Source of the DNA: Spirochaetaceae bacterium
Lineage (GTDB): Bacteria; Spirochaetota; Spirochaetia; DSM-2461
Direction: 5' to 3'
Length of the DNA stretch: 64,000 bases
NCBI GenBank assembly: GCA_051531975.1
Contig: JAOPTT010000013.1
Span: 1 to 64,000, forward strand
Both the position numbers and the translations under genes were made by a program. This document shows, in pieces, positions 1-9,903 of this stretch. The notes under the pieces were generated by a model. That model had not been told where the DNA came from and did no database searches. It saw nothing but the letters and a program-made list of their open reading frames with translations. Within the stretch, counting starts at the first letter, position 1. Each line of letters starts with the position of its first letter.

Positions 1-540
1 AGTAACAAACTCTTCCCATGTTTTAGGAATTTCTATAGATAAATCGTCAAGAATTTTTTTGTTTGCCCATACCCAGTTTGTTGAGTGAACATTTACAGGT
101 GCAGCAACCCATACACCATTATATTTAGAGAATCCTTTTAATGCTTCAGGAACTACAGCATCCCAATTCTCTTCTTTTGCTAAATCATTAAGATTGGCAA
201 GAAAACCAAGTTCAGCCCAGTCAAGGATATCAAAACCCAACATCTGTGCAGCTACAGGAGGATTTCCAGCAACAGCTCTAGATCGTAGAACTGTCATAGC
301 ATTTCCACCACCACCACCAGCTAGAGGAGAATCTGTCCAAGAAATTCCTTTCTTTTCTAGATCATCCTTTAAAACATTTAATGCGGCAGCTTCACCACCT
401 GATGTCCACCAGTGTAATACTTCAACATTTGTTGAATTTTCTTCCACAACCTCTACAGCAGCTTCGTTGTTACCGCCAGCAAAAACCATTGTTCCAATTA
501 ACAAGCTTGCACATAAAAGTGCAATAAATCTTCTTTTCAT
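1..540 (-). CDS. Sugar (glucose/mannose-type) ABC transporter substrate-binding protein, 5' part; runs off the left edge
   Basis: Not in the ORF track; translated by hand as [28 protein letters not shown]…[20 protein letters not shown]…[22 protein letters not shown]…[23 protein letters not shown] at 546-550. HWWTSGGE is typical of GtsA-like binding proteins. Confidence 0.92.
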   Translation of the reverse strand, partial: MKRRFIALLCASLLIGTMVFAGGNNEAAVEVVEENSTNVEVLHWWTSGGEAAALNVLKDDLEKKGISWTDSPLAGGGGGNAMTVLRSRAVAGNPPVAAQMLGFDILDWAELGFLANLNDLAKEENWDAVVPEALKGFSKYNGVWVAAPVNVHSTNWVWANKKILDDLSIEIPKTWEEFVT

Positions 541-1101
541 TGTATCCTCCACAGATTTAATATTTTTTATAAACTTATACAAGTTCAGAAAAAATTAATT
601 TAAAATAAAAAACAGTTAAATGAAAACCATACACCTTCATATGCATTCACCAATACTTCATATGGTGAATAAAATTCATCGTTTAAATATTGTAACACTA
701 CGTTTTATACCTGTATACTTTTTTTAAATATTTTATTTATAGTAATTATCATTAATATTTACTCTAACTGATGTCAATAAATTGACCTTTACTTAAGACA
801 AGTAACACTTTATTAAACTTTGCAATAAATAATTTTCCGGTTTCTCTCTTATAGTTAATACTAAAGTGAATCTCTAACGGTGATATATACTCAAACCCTT
901 GCACTTTTTTACCTCTATTTATTTTTAATACACAATAATGTAAATTAAAAGTAAAAAAAACTAGCAAAATTTATTTATTAAATACGCAAAACTGAATAGA
1001 AAAAGTTTTATATAATATGTCTAAGAGATATACACTGCATATCTTCTTCAACTTACACAACCAAGGTGTTTCATCGATTGCTGCTGAAAGTAGAACATCT
1101 G

Positions 1102-1203
1102 GAATTTTCTTCAATATTCTCTATCGTATCTTCGTTATTACCACTAGTAAAAAGCTACGGATCCAACCAACAAACTTGCATACGAAAAAACAAGCCTTAT
1201 CAT
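1102..1203 (-). pseudogene. Degenerate copy of the 5' end of the sugar-binding protein gene
   Basis: 1102-1180 aligns to 434-511 at 59/78 identities plus a 1-nt insertion. It reads MIRLVFSYASLLVGSVAF/TSGNNEDTIENIEENS versus [27 protein letters not shown]; the frameshift gives an early TAG. Confidence 0.75.
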
Positions 1204-1299
1204 TCGAAAGAAATACGGTTTACAATAGAAGATCTATACTTTATAGTAATTATAGTTTCACTCAGATATCTGGGTATATATCATTCATAGGAGTATATT

Positions 1300-1596
1300 A
1301 TGATCAAACATTTAGTTTTATTTTCCTTTAAACCTGAAACTACAAAGAATAAAATTCTTGAAGTAGATAATTTATTTATGCAACTTCCACAGCTAATAGA
1401 TGTAATTATAGGCTTTGAGTCAGGTTTAAATATTAGTCCAGAAAATCTCAATAAAGGTTTTACACATGCCTACCAGATAACATTTAAATCTGAGGAAACA
1501 AGAGATATCTATCTAATTCATGATGACCACAAAGCTTTTTCTAAAGTTGTGACAGAACTTATAAGTGATGTTTTAGTTTTAGATTACAGTATTTAA
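1300..1596 (+). CDS. Dabb family stress-responsive A/B barrel protein
   Basis: MIKHLVLFSFK…G.N.SPE…KGFTHAY…F…Y..H..H pattern; AGGAG RBS. Confidence 0.9.
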   Translation: MIKHLVLFSFKPETTKNKILEVDNLFMQLPQLIDVIIGFESGLNISPENLNKGFTHAYQITFKSEETRDIYLIHDDHKAFSKVVTELISDVLVLDYSI

Positions 1597-1620
1597 TTAT
1601 TATTAAAAAAGTGAGAGATA

Positions 1621-2586
1621 ATGGCAAAATATCTGTGTGGTGTCGATCTGGGTGGAACTAAATTATCAGCAGGTCTATTCCTTCCTGATGGAACTCCGAT
1701 AGAAACAAAAAAAATTTATAATCACATAAATATGGATAGTAAAGGAATTACTGAAAGTATAGTCAGAATGATAAAGGATCTGATGAACTCACAAAAAATA
1801 GATGATGATGATTTGTACGGTATAGGAATAGGTGTTGCTGGACATATAAATTACAAAAAAGGATTTATTATTACATCTAGTAATTTTCAGGCTTCATTTA
1901 ATAATTATCCACTAAGAGATGAAATTGCCAGTCACTTTAATACTAAAATTTATATTGATAATGATGCAAATGCCCAAGCTTATGGAGAACTATGTTTTGG
2001 TGCCGGGAAAAAATATTCAAATATAATATTTATTACTATAAGCACAGGTGTTGGTGGTGGTATTATAATAGATAGAAAACTAGTTAGAGGAATGACTGGG
2101 TCTGCCGGTGAAATTGGTCATACAATAATTGATCCTAACTCAAAAATAAAATGCACATGTGGAAATTATGGATGTCTAATGGCTCTATCAAGTGGTCAAG
2201 CGCTTCCTAGTTTGTACAATAAATATTTAGATGATGGAATAGAATCCAAACTGAAGCTAAATAGCAAAACGGTATCAAAGCTTGATGGGATCCTTCTTAA
2301 AGAGGGAATCTCCATGGGAGATGAAATCAGCATTAAAGTCCTAGAGGATTCTGCAAATGCCATTGGAACTGGTTTATATAACCTATTTCAGATGCTCAAT
2401 CCTGAGATTTTTATAATTGGAGGAGGATTAATGAATTTTGGAAATGTATATTTGGATCTTATCAGAACCAGATTCTTGTCATTGGTCAAAAAAATGATGT
2501 ATGATAATGTAGAAGTTAAATCTTCTGAACTAGGTTATAATGCAGGTTTACTTGGTGCAGCAGCATTAACATTGGATATAAAATGA
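1621..2586 (+). CDS. ROK family sugar kinase (glucokinase-like)
   Basis: GVDLGGTK, DNDANAQAYGE, STGVGGG and GEIGH…CTCGNYGC zinc motif; no N-terminal HTH. Confidence 0.93.
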   Translation: MAKYLCGVDLGGTKLSAGLFLPDGTPIETKKIYNHINMDSKGITESIVRMIKDLMNSQKIDDDDLYGIGIGVAGHINYKKGFIITSSNFQASFNNYPLRDEIASHFNTKIYIDNDANAQAYGELCFGAGKKYSNIIFITISTGVGGGIIIDRKLVRGMTGSAGEIGHTIIDPNSKIKCTCGNYGCLMALSSGQALPSLYNKYLDDGIESKLKLNSKTVSKLDGILLKEGISMGDEISIKVLEDSANAIGTGLYNLFQMLNPEIFIIGGGLMNFGNVYLDLIRTRFLSLVKKMMYDNVEVKSSELGYNAGLLGAAALTLDIK

Positions 2587-3338
2587 ATGATAGACATAAA
2601 GAAATATTAAATATAATCTCAGATGGACGGAAAGCGACTGTAAATCATTTAGCAGAAAAGTTGAATGTATCCCAGGCAACAATACGGCAGGATCTAACTT
2701 TACTTGAAAACAAAGGATTTTTGAAAAGGGTTCATGGTGGTGCTGTTCTAGATGAAACAGATGATATTTCACATCGAATGGGAATAAACTACGAAGAAAA
2801 GCTGCTTATAGCTAAAGCGGCTGTAAATTTTGTAAACGAAGGTGAAACAATATATATTGAGTCTGGTTCAATCAATGCCCTACTTGCACAAGAAATTGTT
2901 AAAGAGAGAAAAACAACAACCATTATTACGTCAAATGCTTTTATAGCTAGACAGATAGGTAAAGAATCCGAGGGGCGTGTAATACTTCTTGGAGGTATAT
3001 ATCAACCAGAAAGTGAATGCTTAGTTGGTACTCTTGTTAGAGAATGCTTGAACAAACTAAACTTCAGTAAAGCTTTCATTGGTGTAGATGGATTTTCAGA
3101 AACAACTGGATTTACCGGAAAAGATATGATGAGAGCTGAAATCAATTCATATATAATCCAAAAAAGCCCTCAGACATTTATTTTAACTGACTCTTCAAAA
3201 TTTGGAAAAATAACACTTTCAAAATATTGTGATGCAAGTGATATAGAATACCTGATAACAGATAATGAAATTCCTAATGATTATCATAAATTAATTAAAA
3301 ACTCTGGAGTCGAAATAATAATACCAGAAAAAGAATAG
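2583..3338 (+). CDS. DeoR/GlpR family transcriptional regulator
   Basis: N-terminal HTH VSQATIRQDL…RVHGGA plus a sugar-phosphate sensor domain; ATGA overlap with the ROK gene. Confidence 0.93.
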   Translation: MNDRHKEILNIISDGRKATVNHLAEKLNVSQATIRQDLTLLENKGFLKRVHGGAVLDETDDISHRMGINYEEKLLIAKAAVNFVNEGETIYIESGSINALLAQEIVKERKTTTIITSNAFIARQIGKESEGRVILLGGIYQPESECLVGTLVRECLNKLNFSKAFIGVDGFSETTGFTGKDMMRAEINSYIIQKSPQTFILTDSSKFGKITLSKYCDASDIEYLITDNEIPNDYHKLIKNSGVEIIIPEKE

Positions 3339-3354
3339 TTCTGAACTTACAGAT

Positions 3355-4320
3355 TTAATCTCTTGGTTTCACATATCTTAGTAGGTTTGGACCTTTATCA
3401 AGCTTAAAAGTTAAATTAACTGCATTAAAACTACATACATTTTCACATGTATTGCAAATAATACACTCTGTAGAAGTTATCCTTTTATTATTTCTTTTAT
3501 ACTCTAGAAGCTGAATATCCATGGGGCAGTTTTTTTCACACAATCCACATTCTGTACACTTATTTGAATCAATTTCTACTTTTAAAAGTGAAAACCCTGA
3601 TAACAGAGTTTGAAATACAGGAATTGGACATAGGTATTTACAAAAGGCTCTATTATCCTTTAGAACAAATGCCATTAATATACTAACTAGGTAATAAGCA
3701 ATATTCCCAATTGCTAACCAATAGAACTCTGTAATACTTCTACTATAAATATCTCTTTGTTTAATAACAAACCAGAAATAAAGAACTATTAATAATGATG
3801 AGAAAAAGTGTACATATCTAAGTATACCTACTTTTTTTATTCTACCTGGTGATTTTTTCCATGGAAGGAAATCAAGTACCATTGCAGTCCAACACGCCCA
3901 AGAGCACCAACCCCTATTAAATATTGCAGTTCCAAGTATTTTAGCAATAACATAGTGTAAAGTTGAACCTGCAAAAACTCCTGCTAAAAGATAAAAGAAG
4001 AAACCTTCTATTTGTAGGTTTTCTGACTTAATAATTCCTACATATCCTAATAAATAAACTCCAACAAGAAGTTGAGTTAAACGCCTACCAAAGGTAGCAT
4101 ACTTTTTTGGCATTGCAGTTGATAAAAATATACCAAGAGAAATTGATGTGCCAATATAAACAAAGTTATAAATATAGAATATTTTACCAGTAGCAAAATA
4201 TCTCCAAAATGCAACTCCATAAAAAATGAATATAAATAGTATAGGTAATTTAAATGTTTCAAAAGATAGATTCCATCTGTCAAAACTTAACTTTCTGTTT
4301 TTTACTTCTTTATTATCCAC
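3355..4320 (-). CDS. Membrane 4Fe-4S binding protein (NapH/YccM-like)
   Basis: Several TM helices, RGWCSWACW, RAFCKYLCP and two CxxCxxCxxxC ferredoxin motifs. Confidence 0.88.
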   Translation of the reverse strand: MDNKEVKNRKLSFDRWNLSFETFKLPILFIFIFYGVAFWRYFATGKIFYIYNFVYIGTSISLGIFLSTAMPKKYATFGRRLTQLLVGVYLLGYVGIIKSENLQIEGFFFYLLAGVFAGSTLHYVIAKILGTAIFNRGWCSWACWTAMVLDFLPWKKSPGRIKKVGILRYVHFFSSLLIVLYFWFVIKQRDIYSRSITEFYWLAIGNIAYYLVSILMAFVLKDNRAFCKYLCPIPVFQTLLSGFSLLKVEIDSNKCTECGLCEKNCPMDIQLLEYKRNNKRITSTECIICNTCENVCSFNAVNLTFKLDKGPNLLRYVKPRD

Positions 4321-4332
4321 TATTATACCCTT

Positions 4333-4878
4333 CTATAGATCAAACGTTTTATAATCTATCCACTGCCCATCATATTTAATATATATTTTAATCAGATTAA
4401 CTTCGAAACTAAATGGTAATATTGTCTTCATTTTATTTGTTAACTCTTTTTCAACTTCATCAATAAACTTTTTGTCAGTACAAACTGTAATATGGGCTGA
4501 TATTTCATCAATAGGGAATGCCCCTCCATAAGGTGGAGTCTCTCTAAATTCTTCTGCAAACAATTTGATAATCTTCTTAAATTCAACCTTAGGTTCTGGA
4601 GCATAATACATAACTTCTCTATTAGAAAAAAATCCAAGGTTTTTAATACTAACAGTAAAAGGTTCTATTTTTTTACATACTTTTTTAATACGGTTAAGAT
4701 TGTTATCTATATCATCAACTGTAGGAAAATATGGGTACAATAGTGTTATATGTGGTGGCATCCCAGCAATACCATCTTTGGTATACTTTTCCCTAAATAC
4801 TTGTAAATGAGGAATAAGTTCATTTACTGGAAAAACTAATATTGATGCCTCAACTTTATTTGGATCAAGTTTTATCAT
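4333..4878 (-). CDS. 2'-5' RNA ligase / 2H phosphoesterase family protein
   Basis: Two HxT motifs (PHITLLYP, AHITV). Confidence 0.87.
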   Translation of the reverse strand: MIKLDPNKVEASILVFPVNELIPHLQVFREKYTKDGIAGMPPHITLLYPYFPTVDDIDNNLNRIKKVCKKIEPFTVSIKNLGFFSNREVMYYAPEPKVEFKKIIKLFAEEFRETPPYGGAFPIDEISAHITVCTDKKFIDEVEKELTNKMKTILPFSFEVNLIKIYIKYDGQWIDYKTFDL

Positions 4879-5380
4879 AATTCCCTCTTATACTATATTT
4901 ATCTACAAGTCCTTGTTGTGGCCATTCAATTTTACTATCAAACTTCATTCCAATCTTTTGTAATATTATCTCTGAAGCTATATTTTTTTTATTTACTGCT
5001 GCTAGAATAAAATCCAATTTTAATACTTTTAATCCAAAATTCAATACTTCTAAAGCAGCTTCATATGCATAACCATTCCCCCAATATTTAGGATCTATAC
5101 CATACATGATCTCATTTCCACCTAATATTTCACAATATTGGAATCCACAATATCCGATGTATTCATCTGAGCTTTTTAAAATGATGGAATAAACATTGTC
5201 AGAGTTTTTTTCAAAATCTTCACACTTTTGTATATATATATCTATAAAAACAGACTTCTCAAATTTTGTTACCCCACCAGTATAAATAGAAGATTGAACA
5301 TTACTTCTATGGTCATATACACCACAAGCATCTTTAATTCTTGGCGGTACAATTATTAATCTATTAGTTTCTATTCTCAT
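4865..5380 (-). CDS. GNAT N-acetyltransferase, RimJ/RimL type
   Basis: IETNRL, YWGNGYAYEA, N.AS..ILQKIGM. Confidence 0.9.
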   Translation of the reverse strand: MRIETNRLIIVPPRIKDACGVYDHRSNVQSSIYTGGVTKFEKSVFIDIYIQKCEDFEKNSDNVYSIILKSSDEYIGYCGFQYCEILGGNEIMYGIDPKYWGNGYAYEAALEVLNFGLKVLKLDFILAAVNKKNIASEIILQKIGMKFDSKIEWPQQGLVDKYSIRGNYDKT

Positions 5381-5382
5381 AT

Positions 5383-5685
5383 TTATTTTCTAACAGAATT
5401 AAGTGATTCTTTAGTTAACTCTATCCATGTATCTTTTTTAGCCGAGGGAATTAAGACTCTATCTTTCATAGGTTTACCAGTTCCTGGATCATGGGGTAGA
5501 GCCTGCCCAGAATCAATTAATTCAAGAACTCTATCTGGGTCAAACTTTAAGGTAAGATCACCCTTATAAAACATAGCAAACATTTTACCTTCATATTTAA
5601 TTCCTTGTGCACCCTTTCCACTGTTCACAACGACATCTTCAACTTTACCAAAATAGGTTTTTAACTCGGTGTATATATCATTCAT
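5383..5685 (-). CDS. TfoX-N/YjbR-like small protein
   Basis: GKMFAMF.KG.L.LK…DPGTGKPMK pattern; family assignment tentative. Confidence 0.6.
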   Translation of the reverse strand: MNDIYTELKTYFGKVEDVVVNSGKGAQGIKYEGKMFAMFYKGDLTLKFDPDRVLELIDSGQALPHDPGTGKPMKDRVLIPSAKKDTWIELTKESLNSVRK

Positions 5686-6716
5686 AATTTTACTCCTGCA
5701 AAACCTAATAACTTTTCTAGATAAGGTGTTTTATTACTATAAAAAGTTTTGGATCTGTACATCTCTTGTATTTCCGATTGAGTAGCCCATTTTACATCTG
5801 AAACTTCTTTTAAATCAAAGTGGATATCTTTAATATCCCCATTCCATATAGTTTCATATACATCCATAAAATAGTCATCAAATGTTACTCTTTCAATAAA
5901 ATTCAGTTCTGACAAATCAAATAGTAACCCCATCTCTTCGGCTGTTTCTCTTTGTATAGATAAGTTACTAGATTCACCTACAATTGATGCACCAGCAGTT
6001 GTAGACCAAGGATTTATATATTTACCTAGAGGTCTTGTTCGTTTTTGTATCAAATATTGACCTTTATCATCTTTAATCCAGTTTTCCACAACCATATGGT
6101 ATTCTCCATGGTTTAATGGCTCCCCTCTTTTATGAAGTTTATCTATTTTATTACCATCTTTATCATAGAGATCCCAAAGTTCTACTGGTTGTTCAGAAGC
6201 ATCTAATATTAGTTGTTTTACTTTATCTATATTCTCTTCTGGGGTGGAACTATATGTATCAATTTCTAGATCATAACTGCACCAGGAGTGTATGCCATCA
6301 GCTATATGAGATTTACCTTCACCAATATACCTGTCACCTCTTTGTATCTCTCTCTTATTTAAAACTTCAATAGGGCAAACAACACCAATAAAGTAAACTT
6401 CATGATCTTTAAGCAGTTCTTTTAGCTGGAGAAACCAACTTTTATATTCAATTACATGCTCAACTATTAGGTCATTTCCTGCATCTGCAAATGCTTTTAT
6501 ACTGCGGTGAAATCCATCAAAAAACTTTGGTCTTATTACATTCCATGAATTAGGTAGGTTTTTAACTTCCCGATTGACGACAGGCAGTATATTTCCATCA
6601 ACTAGCTTATCTGAGGAATAATAATAAAATGGTGATTCTAGTTCTGGTAATAACTTCTTAATGAATGTAGATTTCCCTGAGCTACTAGCACCGTTAAATA
6701 TAATAATTTTTGACAT
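5682..6716 (-). CDS. Fusion of a chloramphenicol phosphotransferase-like kinase and a NUDIX hydrolase
   Basis: N-terminal IIIFNGASSSGKST…RE..RGDR…YDLEIDT; C-terminal Nudix box GASIVGESSNLSIQRETAEEMGL. Confidence 0.85.
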   Translation of the reverse strand: MSKIIIFNGASSSGKSTFIKKLLPELESPFYYYSSDKLVDGNILPVVNREVKNLPNSWNVIRPKFFDGFHRSIKAFADAGNDLIVEHVIEYKSWFLQLKELLKDHEVYFIGVVCPIEVLNKREIQRGDRYIGEGKSHIADGIHSWCSYDLEIDTYSSTPEENIDKVKQLILDASEQPVELWDLYDKDGNKIDKLHKRGEPLNHGEYHMVVENWIKDDKGQYLIQKRTRPLGKYINPWSTTAGASIVGESSNLSIQRETAEEMGLLFDLSELNFIERVTFDDYFMDVYETIWNGDIKDIHFDLKEVSDVKWATQSEIQEMYRSKTFYSNKTPYLEKLLGFAGVKL

Positions 6717-6754
6717 AAACTCCCTTTAAATATACTTTTATATACCTAATTTAC

Positions 6755-7282
6755 TTATTTTCTAACATAATGACTTTGAACAAGGAAGTCATTCAATTTT
6801 TCTGTTTTAACTACTTTGAAATTTAATTCTTTATCTAAATCTGAAAAAAGAGGTATACCACTGCCTAATAATATAGGTACTTGAGAAATTATCATCTCAT
6901 CTATTAGATCTAATTTTAAAAAGCTCTGAATAGTTTTTCCACCATCAATATATAAGTTATTAAACCCTCGATCATTAAGCTTTGTAACTATTTGGGTTAG
7001 TTCTCCATTTACAATTTCAGCTCTGTCTTTTAAATGTTCAGGTATAGTTTTTAAAGTATTACTTAGTACAAATACCTTTTTAGTGTATAACCATTCACCA
7101 AATGATAAGACCATTTCAAATGTATTTCTACCCATAATAAGTCCATCAATACTTTCCATAAATGCACTAAATCCATAGTCGTTATTATCTGGGTTTGGTA
7201 TATTCATTAACCAATCTAGACCACCATCTTTTTTTGCTATAAAACCATCAAGGGATGATGATATATATACTATGTTCTTCAT
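6755..7282 (-). CDS. Dihydrofolate reductase / RibD C-terminal family protein
   Basis: SLDGFIA..DGGLDWL, MGRNTF, YIDGG, PILLGSGIPLF. Confidence 0.92.
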   Translation of the reverse strand: MKNIVYISSSLDGFIAKKDGGLDWLMNIPNPDNNDYGFSAFMESIDGLIMGRNTFEMVLSFGEWLYTKKVFVLSNTLKTIPEHLKDRAEIVNGELTQIVTKLNDRGFNNLYIDGGKTIQSFLKLDLIDEMIISQVPILLGSGIPLFSDLDKELNFKVVKTEKLNDFLVQSHYVRK

Positions 7283-7430
7283 ATAAAACTCCTAGTATTA
7301 CCGGTTATTATAAATCGCTTATAAACTGATGTAACATATAACAAGCAGCAATCACTATATATATTATATAACTAAACCGCTGAGCTTTCATAAATTCTTT
7401 TGAAGTACCAGAACTACTTTTACATTAAAC

Positions 7431-8081
7431 CTAGATTAAAACCTGCTCTTTTATAATATTTTCTAAAAAGCTAACCGTATCAGTTACAAAGAGATTCATC
7501 TCTTCTTCATCTAGATACAGATATTCTCTATCCAGGTTCTCTACGGTTTTTAAATAGAAATTTGTAATATACTTAACTTGTCTAATTACTGCACCTTCTG
7601 GGTAATAATCGATATAATCAGGGAAATCTTCTATATGCTTGAATATAGTATAAAAGATACTTTCTGGATTATTTCTGAAGTATAAATGATCTAGGTCATA
7701 CCAGTCTTTTTTTATTGTCCATATAAATTGTTCATCACTATTTAGTTTTTCATAATTTTTGTCATTGTCCTTTTTTAATGCTATCTTCTCTCTCCACAAT
7801 TTATCAGTTAACAGATGTACATAATAACCAATATAAAATGACTTTTGCTCAATATCTTCAATTTGATTAGATAAAAACATATTACAAAACTTTTGTGGGT
7901 AAATTTCACCGGACTCAATCCAGTGAGAGACTTCTGTTGGAGGATCAAAACGGCTCCAATCCTCATTTGGTATTCCACAATCGGGACCAATATTACCCAC
8001 CAAGAATTTTTCTTTATCTAAAGGATAACCTCTGTTTAGTAAACTTTCTGCTATTCGTATGTGTAATCCCCATGTTGCCAA
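7431..8081 (-). CDS. Zinc-dependent phospholipase C family protein
   Basis: MATWGLH.IA, GNIGPD, SHW, GYYVHLLTD; TTG start with GGAGG RBS. Confidence 0.8.
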   Translation of the reverse strand: MATWGLHIRIAESLLNRGYPLDKEKFLVGNIGPDCGIPNEDWSRFDPPTEVSHWIESGEIYPQKFCNMFLSNQIEDIEQKSFYIGYYVHLLTDKLWREKIALKKDNDKNYEKLNSDEQFIWTIKKDWYDLDHLYFRNNPESIFYTIFKHIEDFPDYIDYYPEGAVIRQVKYITNFYLKTVENLDREYLYLDEEEMNLFVTDTVSFLENIIKEQVLI

Positions 8082-8111
8082 TTTTAGGAGCCTCCAATAT
8101 GTATAAAAATC

Positions 8112-8429
8112 TTATGCAACTTTCTTTTGAAATGATGTATTTGCAACTTTCCACTTTTCTAAAGAAATTGATAACCAAAAACCATATATTCCTAAAGTAA
8201 CAATTAATAACAATAACCATTTAACCCACTGACCAAAAAGAGACATAGCACTTCCGTCAAACTGTAATCTTTTTCCTTGTACAACTGTGTGATTAATTTT
8301 CCATCCATAAACCATACATAATGCCCATGGGTAACATATACCTAATGTTAACGATGTTATTAAACTACCTAAAATGCTCCAACCAATAAGTTGAAGTAAA
8401 CCTCCATCAAAATACGATTCTTTTGCCAT
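8112..8429 (-). CDS. DUF898 family small membrane protein
   Basis: SYFDG and repeated TLGIY/C.W helices, L.FDG. Confidence 0.85.
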   Translation of the reverse strand: MAKESYFDGGLLQLIGWSILGSLITSLTLGICYPWALCMVYGWKINHTVVQGKRLQFDGSAMSLFGQWVKWLLLLIVTLGIYGFWLSISLEKWKVANTSFQKKVA

Positions 8430-8693
8430 TTAAAGCTCCTTAAACAAGATAATAAACTAAAAATAACCAGTTGTCCTTCACATTATTATTTAAGTTAAAA
8501 TCTAAAGATCAACATTTGAGATAATAGTATTGAAATTTGCTATATATAGATTTATATTATGTTTAAATTGAAAACATACTTTATTTATTAAGAGTTAATA
8601 TGGATTTAATTCAATCACAATTGGTTTCCGTTTGTAGTTTTGCAGTTAAATGGAATTGATGTTATAAACATTTATTAACATTCATTATGAGAG

Positions 8694-9623
8694 CTATTTT
8701 AATAACTCAACAATTTTGTCCGCCATGATTACTTTATATTGTCTACCATAATAATTAGTTATCCTGTTATTAATTTTAGGTAGATCTACATCTCTGTTAT
8801 GAAGTTCTATTATCAGTAGATATAACTCTGAAATCTTATTTTCTACCTCTTCTGGACAATTTTCAGATAGAAGTTCTTTAATCTTTGATTCCACATCTAC
8901 TAATTCAAGACTTTTAAAAACAAGGGTAAACCATTTTGAATAAGGGACGTATTTCCTATTAAGTACAAAACATATTTTAAGAAGATATTTATTAATTCTT
9001 GCAGTTATTATTTTAAGCCCTATAAAATCCTCATTTTCTACAGCCCTACCAATAAACGCTTCTTCTTCAGAGATAAGATCCCAATAGTTCTTCAGTTTTT
9101 CTTTTCGAATATTATTGGGAAAGTACTTTAATTTATCTCTATAATCTATCAATTTATTTAAACCGTCATGAAATACTTCTCCACTAATAACTTCTAACAG
9201 TGTTTGTTCTGATGCAACCCAAAAGTCATCTCCATCATAATGGCTACCTATGTAAGAATCTATATTAAAGATTTCTATTAGATGATGAACTTCACCACAG
9301 GATATATGTTGCATAGACTGTGTTCCATCTACTGCTAGATCAGAAAAATTTGTAGGGAATCCCATGTATTCCAATGGAAGATTATTACTCAAATAATTTG
9401 AAAGCTTGTCTTTAAGATGAAAATCTTCACTATTGATATAAATCTGTAATCTAGGACCCCAATTATGATCCATACTAGTTGCATTATCATAACCTATAAC
9501 ATCAGAACCATAACCTGATAATGTCGCAGAATAAACTAAGCTTTTATCAAAATTACTTATTATTGGTTTTACAATATCAAGATAATAATTTTTATTTAAT
9601 TCTAATCCAGGAATAAAATTCAT
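8694..9623 (-). CDS. DUF4037 domain protein (nucleotidyltransferase-like)
   Basis: G.GSDVIGYD..S.DH.WGPR, GEVFHD and PYSKW. Start moved to ATG 9623 (GGAG RBS). Confidence 0.82.
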   Translation of the reverse strand: MNFIPGLELNKNYYLDIVKPIISNFDKSLVYSATLSGYGSDVIGYDNATSMDHNWGPRLQIYINSEDFHLKDKLSNYLSNNLPLEYMGFPTNFSDLAVDGTQSMQHISCGEVHHLIEIFNIDSYIGSHYDGDDFWVASEQTLLEVISGEVFHDGLNKLIDYRDKLKYFPNNIRKEKLKNYWDLISEEEAFIGRAVENEDFIGLKIITARINKYLLKICFVLNRKYVPYSKWFTLVFKSLELVDVESKIKELLSENCPEEVENKISELYLLIIELHNRDVDLPKINNRITNYYGRQYKVIMADKIVELLK

Positions 9624-9903
9624 AACATCTCCAAGGTAATACATTTTTTAATACTTTGTTTATCTCACGATATGAAAAAATAAAATATACTACTTTAGCA
9701 TTATATACATGAGAATAACGATCTATACTTTACCAATAATTTGAAACAAACTTCCATCAAAATATATTTTTTTAGATTAAAAGTCTCCATGGAATATGTT
9801 CTCTTTGATTACAGTTTTAATTCATATTACTATGTTATAGTTTGTGATTCATATTTAAAATGTTTATTCTTGATATATAAAAAGATGTGCCTTAAAATCT
9901 ATT

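Noticed and set aside
194..598. 134-aa plus-strand ORF
   Set aside because: Antisense shadow of the real minus-strand sugar-binding protein gene (the Pro run mirrors a Gly run).
960..1050. Resemblance to a c-di-GMP-I riboswitch (AGCAAA…ACGCAAAACT…GTCTAAG)
   Set aside because: No GNRA tetraloop stem and the spacing to CTAA is far too long; likely chance in AT-rich DNA. A covariance-model search would settle it.
764..1331. ORFs 764-967, 1017-1331 and 1066-1290
   Set aside because: No motifs or RBS; the region is better explained as intergenic DNA plus the minus-strand relic.
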